A stretch of DNA of 24,570 bases from an uncultured Dehalococcoidales bacterium (GCA_964440895.1 CAYTXB010000001.1:1-24570), one strand, 5' to 3'; positions 7,273 through 16,297 are shown, counted from the stretch's first letter. The notes: generated by a model from the letters alone, not told the origin. A program made the numbers and translations.

Positions 7273-9077
7273 TTTAAATCATCAAATGATGATTCGTTGT
7301 TGCTCCACAATTTCCAGTATAAATTTTTATTAGATAATAATTGGTCATGATTTCCAATTTCAACAATTTCACCTTTGTTTAAAACAATTATTTTATCGGC
7401 ATTTTTAATTGTTGATAATCTGTGCGCAATGATAATCCCGGTTCTATTTTCTAAAACTTTATTAAGTGCGTTTTGAATTTGTCTTTCGGTATAACTGTCT
7501 ATATACGATGTAGCTTCATCAAGGATAAATATCTTTGTATTCAATAATAATGCTCTAGCAAAACTTAATAGTTGTCTTTGTCCAACTGATATATTTGCGC
7601 CTGATTCTTCAAGTACAGTGTCATATCCATTTGGCAAAGTCATAACGAATTCATGAGATCCTACAATTTTAGAAGCTTCAATTACCTCTTCTCTTGATGC
7701 TTGAGCTTTATATTTAATATTATCTTCAACTGTTCCAGAAAAAATAATAGGATCTTGAAGTACCATACTTATATTATTACTCAGTGAGCTTTGGGTAACT
7801 TCTTGGATATTCTGTCCATCAATTTTTATATTTCCATTTTTTATTTCATAAAATCTATGTATTAGGCTAGCTATACTTGTTTTTCCAGATCCAGTTGGCC
7901 CAACCAAACCAACAGTCTCATTCTCTTTTATTGAAAAATTTAAATTTTTGAGAACAGGCTCATTAAAATTGTATTCAAAATTTACGTTTTGAAATTCTAT
8001 ATTTCCCTTTTCAACATTTATATCTTTGGCGTCTTTAATATCTTTAATATCTATTTCAATATCTAGTAATTCAAAAATTCTATGCCCAGATGCCATAGCT
8101 CTTTGTAATGTGCTGTAGTGCATTGTAAGTGCTCTTATTGGGTCAAAAAATCTTTGTACATAAAGCAAGAAAGCTATCATTACTCCTATTTCAACTGAGC
8201 CACCTGAAACCAAATAGCCGCCCATTACCACAATCAAGGACATTGTTGCACCTACAAGCAATTCAACTGGAGGGTGTATTCCTGCACCAAATTTAGCAGC
8301 ATTATTACTATCTTTAAAATTAGTATTTACTTCACCTTCAAATCTTTTCTGATTAATATCTTCTCTGATCATATTTTGGGTTACTCTAACACCATTTACA
8401 TGTTCATTTAAAACACCATTTACAATAGAAGAAGAAGATCTAGCCTTGAGAAAAGCTTTTCTTGCTTTGGGGAGCCAAAAGATTCTAAGAGCAAGGAAGA
8501 CCGGCATTATCATAAGTATTCCTAAAGCCATTGACCAATTTAATGAAAATATGATTACTGTAATAATAATAAGAGTTAACAAATCACCAACTGCAAATAC
8601 ACCAGCTTGAAATAATTCTTGAAGTGCACCGACATCTCCAAGGACTCTAGACATAATTGATCCATATTTACTTCTGTCAGCCACTGACATTGACAATTTT
8701 TGTAGGTGCGTAAACATTTTTGATCTTATATCAAACAATATGCTCTCACCTATTTCTCTAATCACTCTTTGTTGAATGTAATTAGAGATAAAATGCATTA
8801 AAGCAAATCCAATCAAAATAATAAATAAGTTATTTAAAAGACTTTCATTGCTATCCGATATGGCATTATCAATTGTAAATTTAACTAAAAGAGGAACTGC
8901 TAAAACAGCCATAGTAAAAGTAACAACAGATATTACTCCAAGAAAAGCCTTTTTTTTGTATGGCTTTATAAAACCAACAAATCTTTTTGCCACTTCACCA
9001 TCATAAGAGGACAGCTGTTCCAGGTCTTCTTCTATAGCATTAGCAATTTTTTTACTTTTTGAAGCTGATGTTGCCAT
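7269..9077 (-). CDS. ABC exporter half-transporter (TMD+NBD), subunit with canonical Walker B Glu and H-loop
   Basis: N-terminal TM helices; GPTGSGKT Walker A; LQDP Q-loop; ISVGQRQ signature; FILDEATS; IAHRLSTI. Confidence 0.95.
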   Translation of the reverse strand: MATSASKSKKIANAIEEDLEQLSSYDGEVAKRFVGFIKPYKKKAFLGVISVVTFTMAVLAVPLLVKFTIDNAISDSNESLLNNLFIILIGFALMHFISNYIQQRVIREIGESILFDIRSKMFTHLQKLSMSVADRSKYGSIMSRVLGDVGALQELFQAGVFAVGDLLTLIIITVIIFSLNWSMALGILMIMPVFLALRIFWLPKARKAFLKARSSSSIVNGVLNEHVNGVRVTQNMIREDINQKRFEGEVNTNFKDSNNAAKFGAGIHPPVELLVGATMSLIVVMGGYLVSGGSVEIGVMIAFLLYVQRFFDPIRALTMHYSTLQRAMASGHRIFELLDIEIDIKDIKDAKDINVEKGNIEFQNVNFEYNFNEPVLKNLNFSIKENETVGLVGPTGSGKTSIASLIHRFYEIKNGNIKIDGQNIQEVTQSSLSNNISMVLQDPIIFSGTVEDNIKYKAQASREEVIEASKIVGSHEFVMTLPNGYDTVLEESGANISVGQRQLLSFARALLLNTKIFILDEATSYIDSYTERQIQNALNKVLENRTGIIIAHRLSTIKNADKIIVLNKGEIVEIGNHDQLLSNKNLYWKLWSNNESSFDDLN

Positions 9078-9078
9078 A

Positions 9079-10884
9079 TTAATTATTTACCTGTGTTTTA
9101 GGGTTTTGTAATTCAAAAATTGTTTTATAAATACCTTCATTTTTTAATAAATCTTCGTGTTTTCCTCTATCAACAATATTGCCTTCATCGAGCACAATTA
9201 TTTCATCTGCATGAGAAATTGTGCTTATTCTTTGTGAAATAATTAAGGTGGATTTATTCTTTTGAAAGCTTATTAATTTCTCTCTTATTTTCTTATCTGT
9301 TCCTGTATCTAAGGCACTAAACGAATCATCAAATATTAAAATATCTGGATTTTTAAACAAATTTCTGGCTATTGCGATTCTTTGTTTTTGGCCACCGGAC
9401 AATGAAACTCCAAATTCTCCAACCATTGTTTCGTATTTTTCTGGTAGCGAATAAATAAAGTCATGAATATCAGCAATTTTCGCAACCTCGATTACCTTAT
9501 CTAAATCAGCACTTGGGTCTGAATATGAAATATTTTCTCTTAATGTATTATTAAAAAGAAAAGTGTGCTGAGATACCAATCCAATTCTTGGCCTAAGGTT
9601 ATTTAAATTTAAAGTTTTTAAAGGAATATTGTTAATTAATATTTGACCTTCTAAAACATCATAAAATCTTGGAATCAAATTAGCTATAGTTGATTTACCT
9701 GAACCTGGCGGCCCAATAATTCCAATTATATTTCCAGGCTTTAAATCTAAATTTATTTTATTTACATCATTCTTTTTAGATTTAAAATAATATTTAAAAC
9801 TTACATTATCAAATTTGATATTATCAATTTTTTTTATGGAATTTGATTTTTTAATTGAATGAATTCTAGGCTTTGAATCAAGGATTTCAAATAATCTTAA
9901 TCCACATGTTATTGCTCTAGCATATGAATTTACCATAAGCCCAACAATTCTAACTGGCCTTTGTAGCATTCCAAGATAAACTAAACATTGTGTTAGCTCC
10001 CCAATTGTCATCTCTCCATCGATTATTTTGTGACCTCCAACCCATATGATAAATGCCCATATCAGTAGAAAAAATAAACCAACAAGACTTGTTCCTGTTG
10101 CATCTACTTTCACGCTGCTCATTGTGTCATTTGTTACTTCTTTGTGGGATGATCTAAATTTTTTGATTTCGTAATCTTCTCCTCCAAATGCTCTTACAAC
10201 CTTAACCCCAATCAAATTTTCTTGAAGATTGGTATTTAGAACAGAAAACTCTTTTTGAATTCTATTCCAAATTTTTCGAAGTCTAAGCCTGCTTATAGTA
10301 GCTATAATTGCAACAGGTATAATAAATCCAAAAGCAATTAGGCCTATTTGTAAATCAGTTCTGAGTAATAAATAAGAACCAAAAAATATCAATGTCATAA
10401 TTTCAAAGGTTCTTAACAAACCTGTTGTGACAAACATTTTAACCCCTTCAATATCTAAAATTCCTCGAGACATCAAATTGCCTGTATGAATTCTATCGTG
10501 ATATTTATAGGTTTGAGATTGAAGTTTATTATGGAAATTATTTCTTAAGTCAGCAGAAATTCCATTTGCAATTTTTTCACCATTATATTGAAGTAAAAAT
10601 GCAAAAAATCCTCTAAGAATACTAACTAAAATTATAAATGAAGCTAAAATCCACAAAATACTAAAATCATTAGAATTTGTACTTATTTTCTCATAAGCCC
10701 TATCTACTGAAGTCCCTAATAAATATGGTAGCCAAAGTTGCGAACCCACTAAACCTGCTACACCAATAAAACCAAATGTAATTAACCTTTTGTACTTAAA
10801 ACACATTTTAAATATTCTTATCAGGACAGTTAGTTCGCCAATATGGCTATTCAAATGTAATGGAGATCTAAATTTTATATTCAC
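9079..10884 (-). CDS. ABC exporter half-transporter (TMD+NBD), subunit with degenerate Walker B and H-loop
   Basis: GTG start; TM helices; GPPGSGKS; LSGGQKQRIAIAR; ILIFDDSFSALD (D in place of E); ISQRIS (Q in place of H). Confidence 0.95.
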   Translation of the reverse strand: MNIKFRSPLHLNSHIGELTVLIRIFKMCFKYKRLITFGFIGVAGLVGSQLWLPYLLGTSVDRAYEKISTNSNDFSILWILASFIILVSILRGFFAFLLQYNGEKIANGISADLRNNFHNKLQSQTYKYHDRIHTGNLMSRGILDIEGVKMFVTTGLLRTFEIMTLIFFGSYLLLRTDLQIGLIAFGFIIPVAIIATISRLRLRKIWNRIQKEFSVLNTNLQENLIGVKVVRAFGGEDYEIKKFRSSHKEVTNDTMSSVKVDATGTSLVGLFFLLIWAFIIWVGGHKIIDGEMTIGELTQCLVYLGMLQRPVRIVGLMVNSYARAITCGLRLFEILDSKPRIHSIKKSNSIKKIDNIKFDNVSFKYYFKSKKNDVNKINLDLKPGNIIGIIGPPGSGKSTIANLIPRFYDVLEGQILINNIPLKTLNLNNLRPRIGLVSQHTFLFNNTLRENISYSDPSADLDKVIEVAKIADIHDFIYSLPEKYETMVGEFGVSLSGGQKQRIAIARNLFKNPDILIFDDSFSALDTGTDKKIREKLISFQKNKSTLIISQRISTISHADEIIVLDEGNIVDRGKHEDLLKNEGIYKTIFELQNPKTQVNN

Positions 10885-10965
10885 TATAAATAACTTAACT
10901 TTATATTTATGAACATTTTATTTAAATTGAAATAGATAAAACAATAATTTAATGGATTGATTTTT

Positions 10966-11388
10966 ATGAAAATCAGAGTAGCTCAAATAAATGATTTGAA
11001 CGAATTAGAAAATATTTCTGAAGAGCAATTTCATTTCGAGAACTTAAGACCAAAATTCAATAATCTCATTTTTAACAATGATTACGTAGTAAAGGTTATT
11101 GAAATTAAAAAAAATATTTTTGGTTTTATGGTACTTAAGCATGTTGACAAGAATGTTATAGATATTTACTCGATGGCAATTAAAAATAAATATCAAAATA
11201 AGGGTTATGGATATAAATTTTTGAAGGATACTGTGAAAAGTTTTTCAAATTATAAAATTACTTTAGAGGTTTCTGAAAATAATTCTGCTAAAAAATTGTA
11301 CTTAAAATGTGGATTTAAAATAGATTCAGTTAGAAAGCAGTATTATCCTGATTCAGATGCGATTTTGATGAGTTATATTAAAGATTAG
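10966..11388 (+). CDS. rimI: GNAT acetyltransferase, RimI-like (ribosomal protein S18 alanine N-acetyltransferase family)
   Basis: YQNKGYG acetyl-CoA motif, ITLEVSENNSAKKLYLKCGF, RKQYYPDSDAILM. ATG 10966 preferred over TTG 10957. The substrate is not provable from sequence. Confidence 0.75.
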   Translation: MKIRVAQINDLNELENISEEQFHFENLRPKFNNLIFNNDYVVKVIEIKKNIFGFMVLKHVDKNVIDIYSMAIKNKYQNKGYGYKFLKDTVKSFSNYKITLEVSENNSAKKLYLKCGFKIDSVRKQYYPDSDAILMSYIKD

Positions 11389-11644
11389 CCCCAGGCTCTG
11401 AAGTATCATAATCATAATCAGCTGCTTCTTTAATATATTCAGTTTCAGATTCAGGTACTTCGTCATCAGGAAATATAGCATCAACAGGGCAAACTGGTTC
11501 ACATGCCGCACAATCTATGCATTCGTCCTGATTAATAAATAAATGCTTATCACCTTTTTTTGAATAGATGCAATCAACAGGGCATACATCAACGCAAGCT
11601 CCGTCAGTCGTGCCAATGCATGATGATGTAATTATAAATGCCAT
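11378..11644 (-). CDS. fdxA: Ferredoxin, probable 7Fe ([3Fe-4S]+[4Fe-4S]) FdxA type
   Basis: C-x7-C-x3-CPVDC first motif (CIGTTDGACVDVCPVDC) and CIDCAACEPVCP second motif; acidic C-terminal tail. Confidence 0.9.
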   Translation of the reverse strand: MAFIITSSCIGTTDGACVDVCPVDCIYSKKGDKHLFINQDECIDCAACEPVCPVDAIFPDDEVPESETEYIKEAADYDYDTSEPGANL

Positions 11645-11653
11645 CAGATTGTC

Positions 11654-12025
11654 TTAACAGCCTCCGCCGCCTGATCCACAAGCACATGTTCCGCCTGAAC
11701 CGCATCCGCCACCGCCAGCACTTGGAATATTAGGGTTTGATATAACAAAGCCAGATCTTTGCATTCCTTCGACATAATCAATATTAGATCCAGAAATAAG
11801 AGGAACACTACCTGAATCTACAATAGCCTTTACTCCATTTGAATTTATAACAGTGTCAGAAGTATTAGCTTCATTTTCTAATCCGAATTCATAACCGGCA
11901 CCACCACTTTCAGACATAGTTAAAGAAATCCTTAAATAGGATTCTTCATTTCCTTGTTCGCCAAGTACTTCGTTAATCTTTGATGCAGCTGCTTCAGTAA
12001 AAGATATTAAATTTTCTGTTGTCAT
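11654..12025 (-). CDS. HesB/IscA/ErpA family (A-type Fe-S carrier) homolog, atypical
   Basis: ISFTEAAASKI, YLRIS, YEFGL, NGVKAIVDSGSVPLISGSNIDYVEG, GFVISNPN fit the HesB fold; C-terminal CAC. Start is ATG 12025 or GTG 12034. Confidence 0.88.
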   Translation of the reverse strand: MTTENLISFTEAAASKINEVLGEQGNEESYLRISLTMSESGGAGYEFGLENEANTSDTVINSNGVKAIVDSGSVPLISGSNIDYVEGMQRSGFVISNPNIPSAGGGGCGSGGTCACGSGGGGC

Positions 12026-12100
12026 TTGTCCCACTTTTCTAAGTTATATATCTATTTTACACAAATATTTAAATAATTGGAGTAATTTTTGATAAATTTT

Positions 12101-12117
12101 TTACAAAAACTTACAAA
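12101..12117 (+). repeat. Direct repeat TTACAAA x2 with 10-bp period in the divergent HesB/Lrp intergenic region
   Basis: TTACAAAAAC TTACAAAC is read directly at 12101-12118. Function unknown. Confidence 0.4.
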
Positions 12118-12140
12118 CGAAAATCGCAATATATGATATT

Positions 12141-12584
12141 ATGCAAAATGAAATTATGGATAAATTAAATAAAAATATAATCGAGATTTTAAAGTCTGAT
12201 GGACGAGTACCAAATGCTGAAATCGCAAGAAACTTAGGCGTCAGTGAAGGAACCGTTAGAAGAAGAATTAAAATTATGATTGAAGAAAAAGTTTTAAATG
12301 TATATGCAATTCCTGACCCAAAAAAAACAGGATATAATGAAGAAGCATTGATCGGTATACAAGTTGATCCAAATAAATTAGATCAGGTTGGTGAATCCAT
12401 TGCAGAACACGAATATGCAACATGGGTATCTAGAACTACTGGCGGTTTTGATATTTTTACATGGGTAACTGTACCTAATAGTAAAGAACTAACAAATTTT
12501 TTAACATATTTTTTAGGAAATCTTGAAGGAGTAAATAAAACTGAAACATTCATTAGTTTAGATGTTTTAAAGAGAGGATTATAA
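12141..12584 (+). CDS. Lrp/AsnC family transcriptional regulator
   Basis: MDKLNKNIIEILKSDGRVPNAEIARNLGVSEGTVRRRI HTH; C-terminal RAM domain (RTTGGFDI, GVNKTETFISL). Start may be ATG 12156. Confidence 0.93.
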   Translation: MQNEIMDKLNKNIIEILKSDGRVPNAEIARNLGVSEGTVRRRIKIMIEEKVLNVYAIPDPKKTGYNEEALIGIQVDPNKLDQVGESIAEHEYATWVSRTTGGFDIFTWVTVPNSKELTNFLTYFLGNLEGVNKTETFISLDVLKRGL

Positions 12585-13226
12585 ATGGTAACTTACAAAA
12601 AATATTCTAAAACGAAAGACAAGACTTTTTCAATTAAAAACTTATTCAATAGCGAAGATGCATTAATTGATCAATTTGTTAAATCAAATACTATCTTTAA
12701 TGCAACATTTCTAGTAGCTTTCTTTATTTTATTCCAATATTTATTGTCTCAAATAAGATTTTTCTTACCTGATAATCCAGTTCCAATAACGATGCAAACT
12801 TTTGGAATACTAATACTTGGTGGGGTTTATGGCCCAAGATTAACAATAATTTCTGTTCTTTCATATATGATAATTGGGATAGTAGGAGTGCCTGTTTTTC
12901 AAGGGAATAATGGAGGTATTGAATATTTCTTTGGTGTTACTGGGGGATATTTAATCGGGTTTATTTTTGCTTCTACAATTATTTCAGTTCTTTCAAATAA
13001 CGGATTAAAAAAAGGTTTATCAATATGGGCAATGATTATAGGAAACATATCAATATATGTTGTAGCCATAATATGGTTATCGATTTATGATTTTGGATGG
13101 CCAGAAAAAGGCAACTTATTTTCTCAAGCGGTCTACCCTTTTCTTATAGGAGATTTTATTAAATTAGTATTGGCTTCTTTATCAGTTAATATTCTCTGGA
13201 AACTATCAAAAAATTTAAAAAAATAG
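12585..13226 (+). CDS. bioY: Biotin transporter S component BioY
   Basis: PVPITMQTF, GIVGVPVF, GVTGGYLIGF, VYPFLIGDFIK; multi-TM protein. Confidence 0.92.
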   Translation: MVTYKKYSKTKDKTFSIKNLFNSEDALIDQFVKSNTIFNATFLVAFFILFQYLLSQIRFFLPDNPVPITMQTFGILILGGVYGPRLTIISVLSYMIIGIVGVPVFQGNNGGIEYFFGVTGGYLIGFIFASTIISVLSNNGLKKGLSIWAMIIGNISIYVVAIIWLSIYDFGWPEKGNLFSQAVYPFLIGDFIKLVLASLSVNILWKLSKNLKK

Positions 13227-13230
13227 GGAG
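13225..13230 (+). promoter_or_regulatory. Shine-Dalgarno site for aspS, overlapping the bioY stop codon
   Basis: AGGGAG lies 5 nt upstream of TTG 13236. Confidence 0.6.
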
Positions 13231-13235
13231 TAATA

Positions 13236-15026
13236 TTGTATAAAGACCGGGGCTGTGGGCAAGTAAATTTAGATAACGTTGACCAAATAATCAATGTAGC
13301 TGGCTGGGTTGATTCATGGAGAGATCATGGCTCATTACTATTCCTTGATCTCAGAGATAGTACTGGAACAATACAAGTTGTTTTTGATAAAAGCATAAAT
13401 AATGAAAATCATGAAATAGCTTCTTCAATTAGAAATGAATGGGTGATAAAGGTTAAAGGTATTGTAAAAAAAAGAATTGATGGTGCGGAAAATCCAAATA
13501 TACCTACGGGATTCATAGAGATTAGTGCTGATGAATTAACAGTTTTGAACCCATCAAAAACACCTCCATTTGAAGTAAATAATAAAAATATAGACGAAAC
13601 TACTCGGTTGAGGTACAGATACCTTGATCTTCGTTCAGATAAAATGCAAAATAATTTAAGATTAAGGCATGAATTAATTCTAGAGATTTGCAATTTTTTA
13701 AATAATAAAAGCTTTGTCCAGATTGAAACACCAATTTTAATTAAAAGTACGCCTGAGGGTGCTAGAGATTACGTAGTTCCAAGTAGAGTTCATCCCGGTG
13801 AATATTATGCCTTGCCTCAATCACCTCAACAAATGAAGCAAATGTTGATGGTCTCAGGATTTGAAAGATATTTTCAGATTGCTAAATGTTTTAGAGACGA
13901 AGACTTAAGGGCTGACAGGCAGCCTGAGCATACACAGCTTGATTTTGAGATGAGCTTTGTTCACCAAGAAGATGTACTATCGAATTGTGAAGATTTATAT
14001 TCACACTTAGCTGACAAATTTCAAAGCAAAAATATTGAAACACCTTTCCCTAGGATTAAGTATGAAGATGCTATTAATACTTATGGTACTGACAAGCCTG
14101 ATACTAGATTCGATTTGAATATTAAAATATTAGATAAAGAACTCTCAGAAACTGAATTTAATGTTTTTAATAACTCATTAAAAGATGGAGGAACTATAAG
14201 AGGGCTATCTGTCCCAAAAAATGAATCCATGACAAGAAAATTTTATGACAAATTAAATGAATTCGTTAGATCTATTGGCGGCGACGGAATTATACCTATA
14301 TCAATTGATAAAGAACTTTCTGGAATTGAATTTGAAGATATTAAAAGTCCAATAAGTAAATTTTTAAGTGTAGAACATGTTAAAAAAATATTTAATATTT
14401 TTAACTCAGATTCAGATGACGTTATATTAATTTGTGCAGGCAAAAAAAATATTGTTTTGGATTGCCTAGGCCAAGTACGAAATAAGTTGGCTAAAGATTT
14501 TGAATTAATTGATGACGAAAAATTAAATTTTTTGTTTGTAACTGACTTTCCATTATTTGAAAAAGATTTGGAATCTGGCAATTGGACAGCTATGCATCAT
14601 GTTTTTTCTTCTCCAAATGATGAAACAATTAAGTACCTTGATAGTGACCCAAGTAAAGTTATTGGAAACCTTTTCGACTTGGTATGTAATGGTGTTGAAC
14701 TTGGTTCTGGCAGTATCAGAATTCATGATAAAAAAACTCAGGAAAAAGTATTTTCTATTATTGGCTATAAAGATGATCAGATCCAAGATAGATTTGGACC
14801 ACTGCTAGAATCATTTGACTATGGCGCTCCTCCTCATGGAGGGATGGGGTTAGGCATTGATAGGTTAGTGGCAACATTTCTTAAAGAAAATTCTATAAGA
14901 GATGTAATTTCTTTTCCCAAAACACAGAGTGCTTCAGATTTATTATGGGGAGCACCTTCATTGATTGATGAAGATCAAAAAAAAGAACTTAGTATTAAAA
15001 ATATTGAAGAAGAAGGTAAAAATTGA
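13236..15026 (+). CDS. aspS: Aspartate-tRNA ligase, probably non-discriminating (Asp/Asn)
   Basis: RDHG, LDLRD, RLRYRYLDLR, STPEGARDY, ALPQSPQ, RYFQIAKCFRDEDLRADRQPE, GSIRIH, YGAPPHGG, GIDRL, FPKT; H31 and G83 present. Confidence 0.97.
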   Translation: MYKDRGCGQVNLDNVDQIINVAGWVDSWRDHGSLLFLDLRDSTGTIQVVFDKSINNENHEIASSIRNEWVIKVKGIVKKRIDGAENPNIPTGFIEISADELTVLNPSKTPPFEVNNKNIDETTRLRYRYLDLRSDKMQNNLRLRHELILEICNFLNNKSFVQIETPILIKSTPEGARDYVVPSRVHPGEYYALPQSPQQMKQMLMVSGFERYFQIAKCFRDEDLRADRQPEHTQLDFEMSFVHQEDVLSNCEDLYSHLADKFQSKNIETPFPRIKYEDAINTYGTDKPDTRFDLNIKILDKELSETEFNVFNNSLKDGGTIRGLSVPKNESMTRKFYDKLNEFVRSIGGDGIIPISIDKELSGIEFEDIKSPISKFLSVEHVKKIFNIFNSDSDDVILICAGKKNIVLDCLGQVRNKLAKDFELIDDEKLNFLFVTDFPLFEKDLESGNWTAMHHVFSSPNDETIKYLDSDPSKVIGNLFDLVCNGVELGSGSIRIHDKKTQEKVFSIIGYKDDQIQDRFGPLLESFDYGAPPHGGMGLGIDRLVATFLKENSIRDVISFPKTQSASDLLWGAPSLIDEDQKKELSIKNIEEEGKN

Positions 15027-16291
15027 AAATTGATAAAAGTAAAGTTGAAAATCAACAAATAACTCTTACTTTACATGTGGAAGAAAGTGAAATTGAGAAA
15101 TATTTAAACAGAGCTGCTCAAAAATTAAGTAATCAGTTAAAGATACCGGGTTTTAGAAAAGGGAAAGCTCCAAAATCAATAGTTGAAAAAATTGTAGGTA
15201 AAGAAGGTCTTATTGAAGAGTCGTTGCAATTCTCAGTTCCAGACTTAGTAAATAATGCTATTGAAAAAGAGGAGCTGGAAGTATTTGCAACTCCAAAAAT
15301 TTCAGTTTTGGATTTAGTACCTAAATTAAAATTAGAAGCTAAAGTCGCTCTAAAGCCAAATGCTAATTTAGGAAAAATTGATTCTATAAAATTAGAAATA
15401 AAAGAAGAAAAAGTAGGTGCAAAAGAAGTAAATAATGTTATCGAACAATCCAGAAATCAGCATGCTACTTGGGTGCCAGTAAAGAGAAAATCTAAAATGA
15501 GCGATTTGCTGTCTTTAGATTTTAAGTGTGAATCCAATGATGAGGTCATTATGGATCATAAATCAATTGAAATAATACTTGAAAATCAATATGAAGATAA
15601 TTTAAAAATGCCTGGACTAATGAAAAAACTTTGCGGATTAGCAGAAGATGGAAGTAAAAAATTTAAGCTAGACCTCCCCGATGATTTTTTTAATGAAAAA
15701 TTTCAAAATAGTACTGCAAAATTTGAAATTAAAATTGTTTCTGTTAAAGAAAAAAATCTTCCAGAAGTAGATGATAATTTTGCTAAATTAATGGATCCGT
15801 CAATTGAAAATATTAAAGATTTAAAAAAACAAATTAAAAAGAATCTAGAGTTAAGCTCAAAAAATAAATATGATCAAGATTTATGGGATAGCTTTATTGA
15901 AGACTCGATAAATATATCTAAATTTACTATACCTGAAATAATGCTAGAGCAGGAAACAGAAAATTTAATTAAGCAGCAGAAGGAAATGATAGAAAATCAA
16001 AAAATTGAATTTGATACTTACTTGGATGGCATTAAAAAGAGTGAGGAAGAATTTGAAAGTGAACTAGCTTCGTCTGCTGATTTAAGGCTAAAGAGAGCAA
16101 TAATTGTTGAAGAAATTATAACGCATTATGAAGTAGAAATTGATGATAAAATTATTAATGATGAATTAAAAAAGTTTAAAGAATTACAAAAAAATACTAA
16201 TTATTCTGATGACAGTATTAAAGAAGAAATTAAGTATCAGAAGAAAAGAGATGAAATAATAAAAATTATTAAATTAAATAACATAAAATAG
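15023..16291 (+). CDS. tig: Trigger factor
   Basis: IPGFRKGKAP ribosome-binding signature, FKBP-like middle domain, LPEVDDNFAK; TTG start overlaps the aspS TGA; lies upstream of clpP. Confidence 0.93.
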   Translation: MKIDKSKVENQQITLTLHVEESEIEKYLNRAAQKLSNQLKIPGFRKGKAPKSIVEKIVGKEGLIEESLQFSVPDLVNNAIEKEELEVFATPKISVLDLVPKLKLEAKVALKPNANLGKIDSIKLEIKEEKVGAKEVNNVIEQSRNQHATWVPVKRKSKMSDLLSLDFKCESNDEVIMDHKSIEIILENQYEDNLKMPGLMKKLCGLAEDGSKKFKLDLPDDFFNEKFQNSTAKFEIKIVSVKEKNLPEVDDNFAKLMDPSIENIKDLKKQIKKNLELSSKNKYDQDLWDSFIEDSINISKFTIPEIMLEQETENLIKQQKEMIENQKIEFDTYLDGIKKSEEEFESELASSADLRLKRAIIVEEIITHYEVEIDDKIINDELKKFKELQKNTNYSDDSIKEEIKYQKKRDEIIKIIKLNNIK

Positions 16292-16297
16292 TCATAG

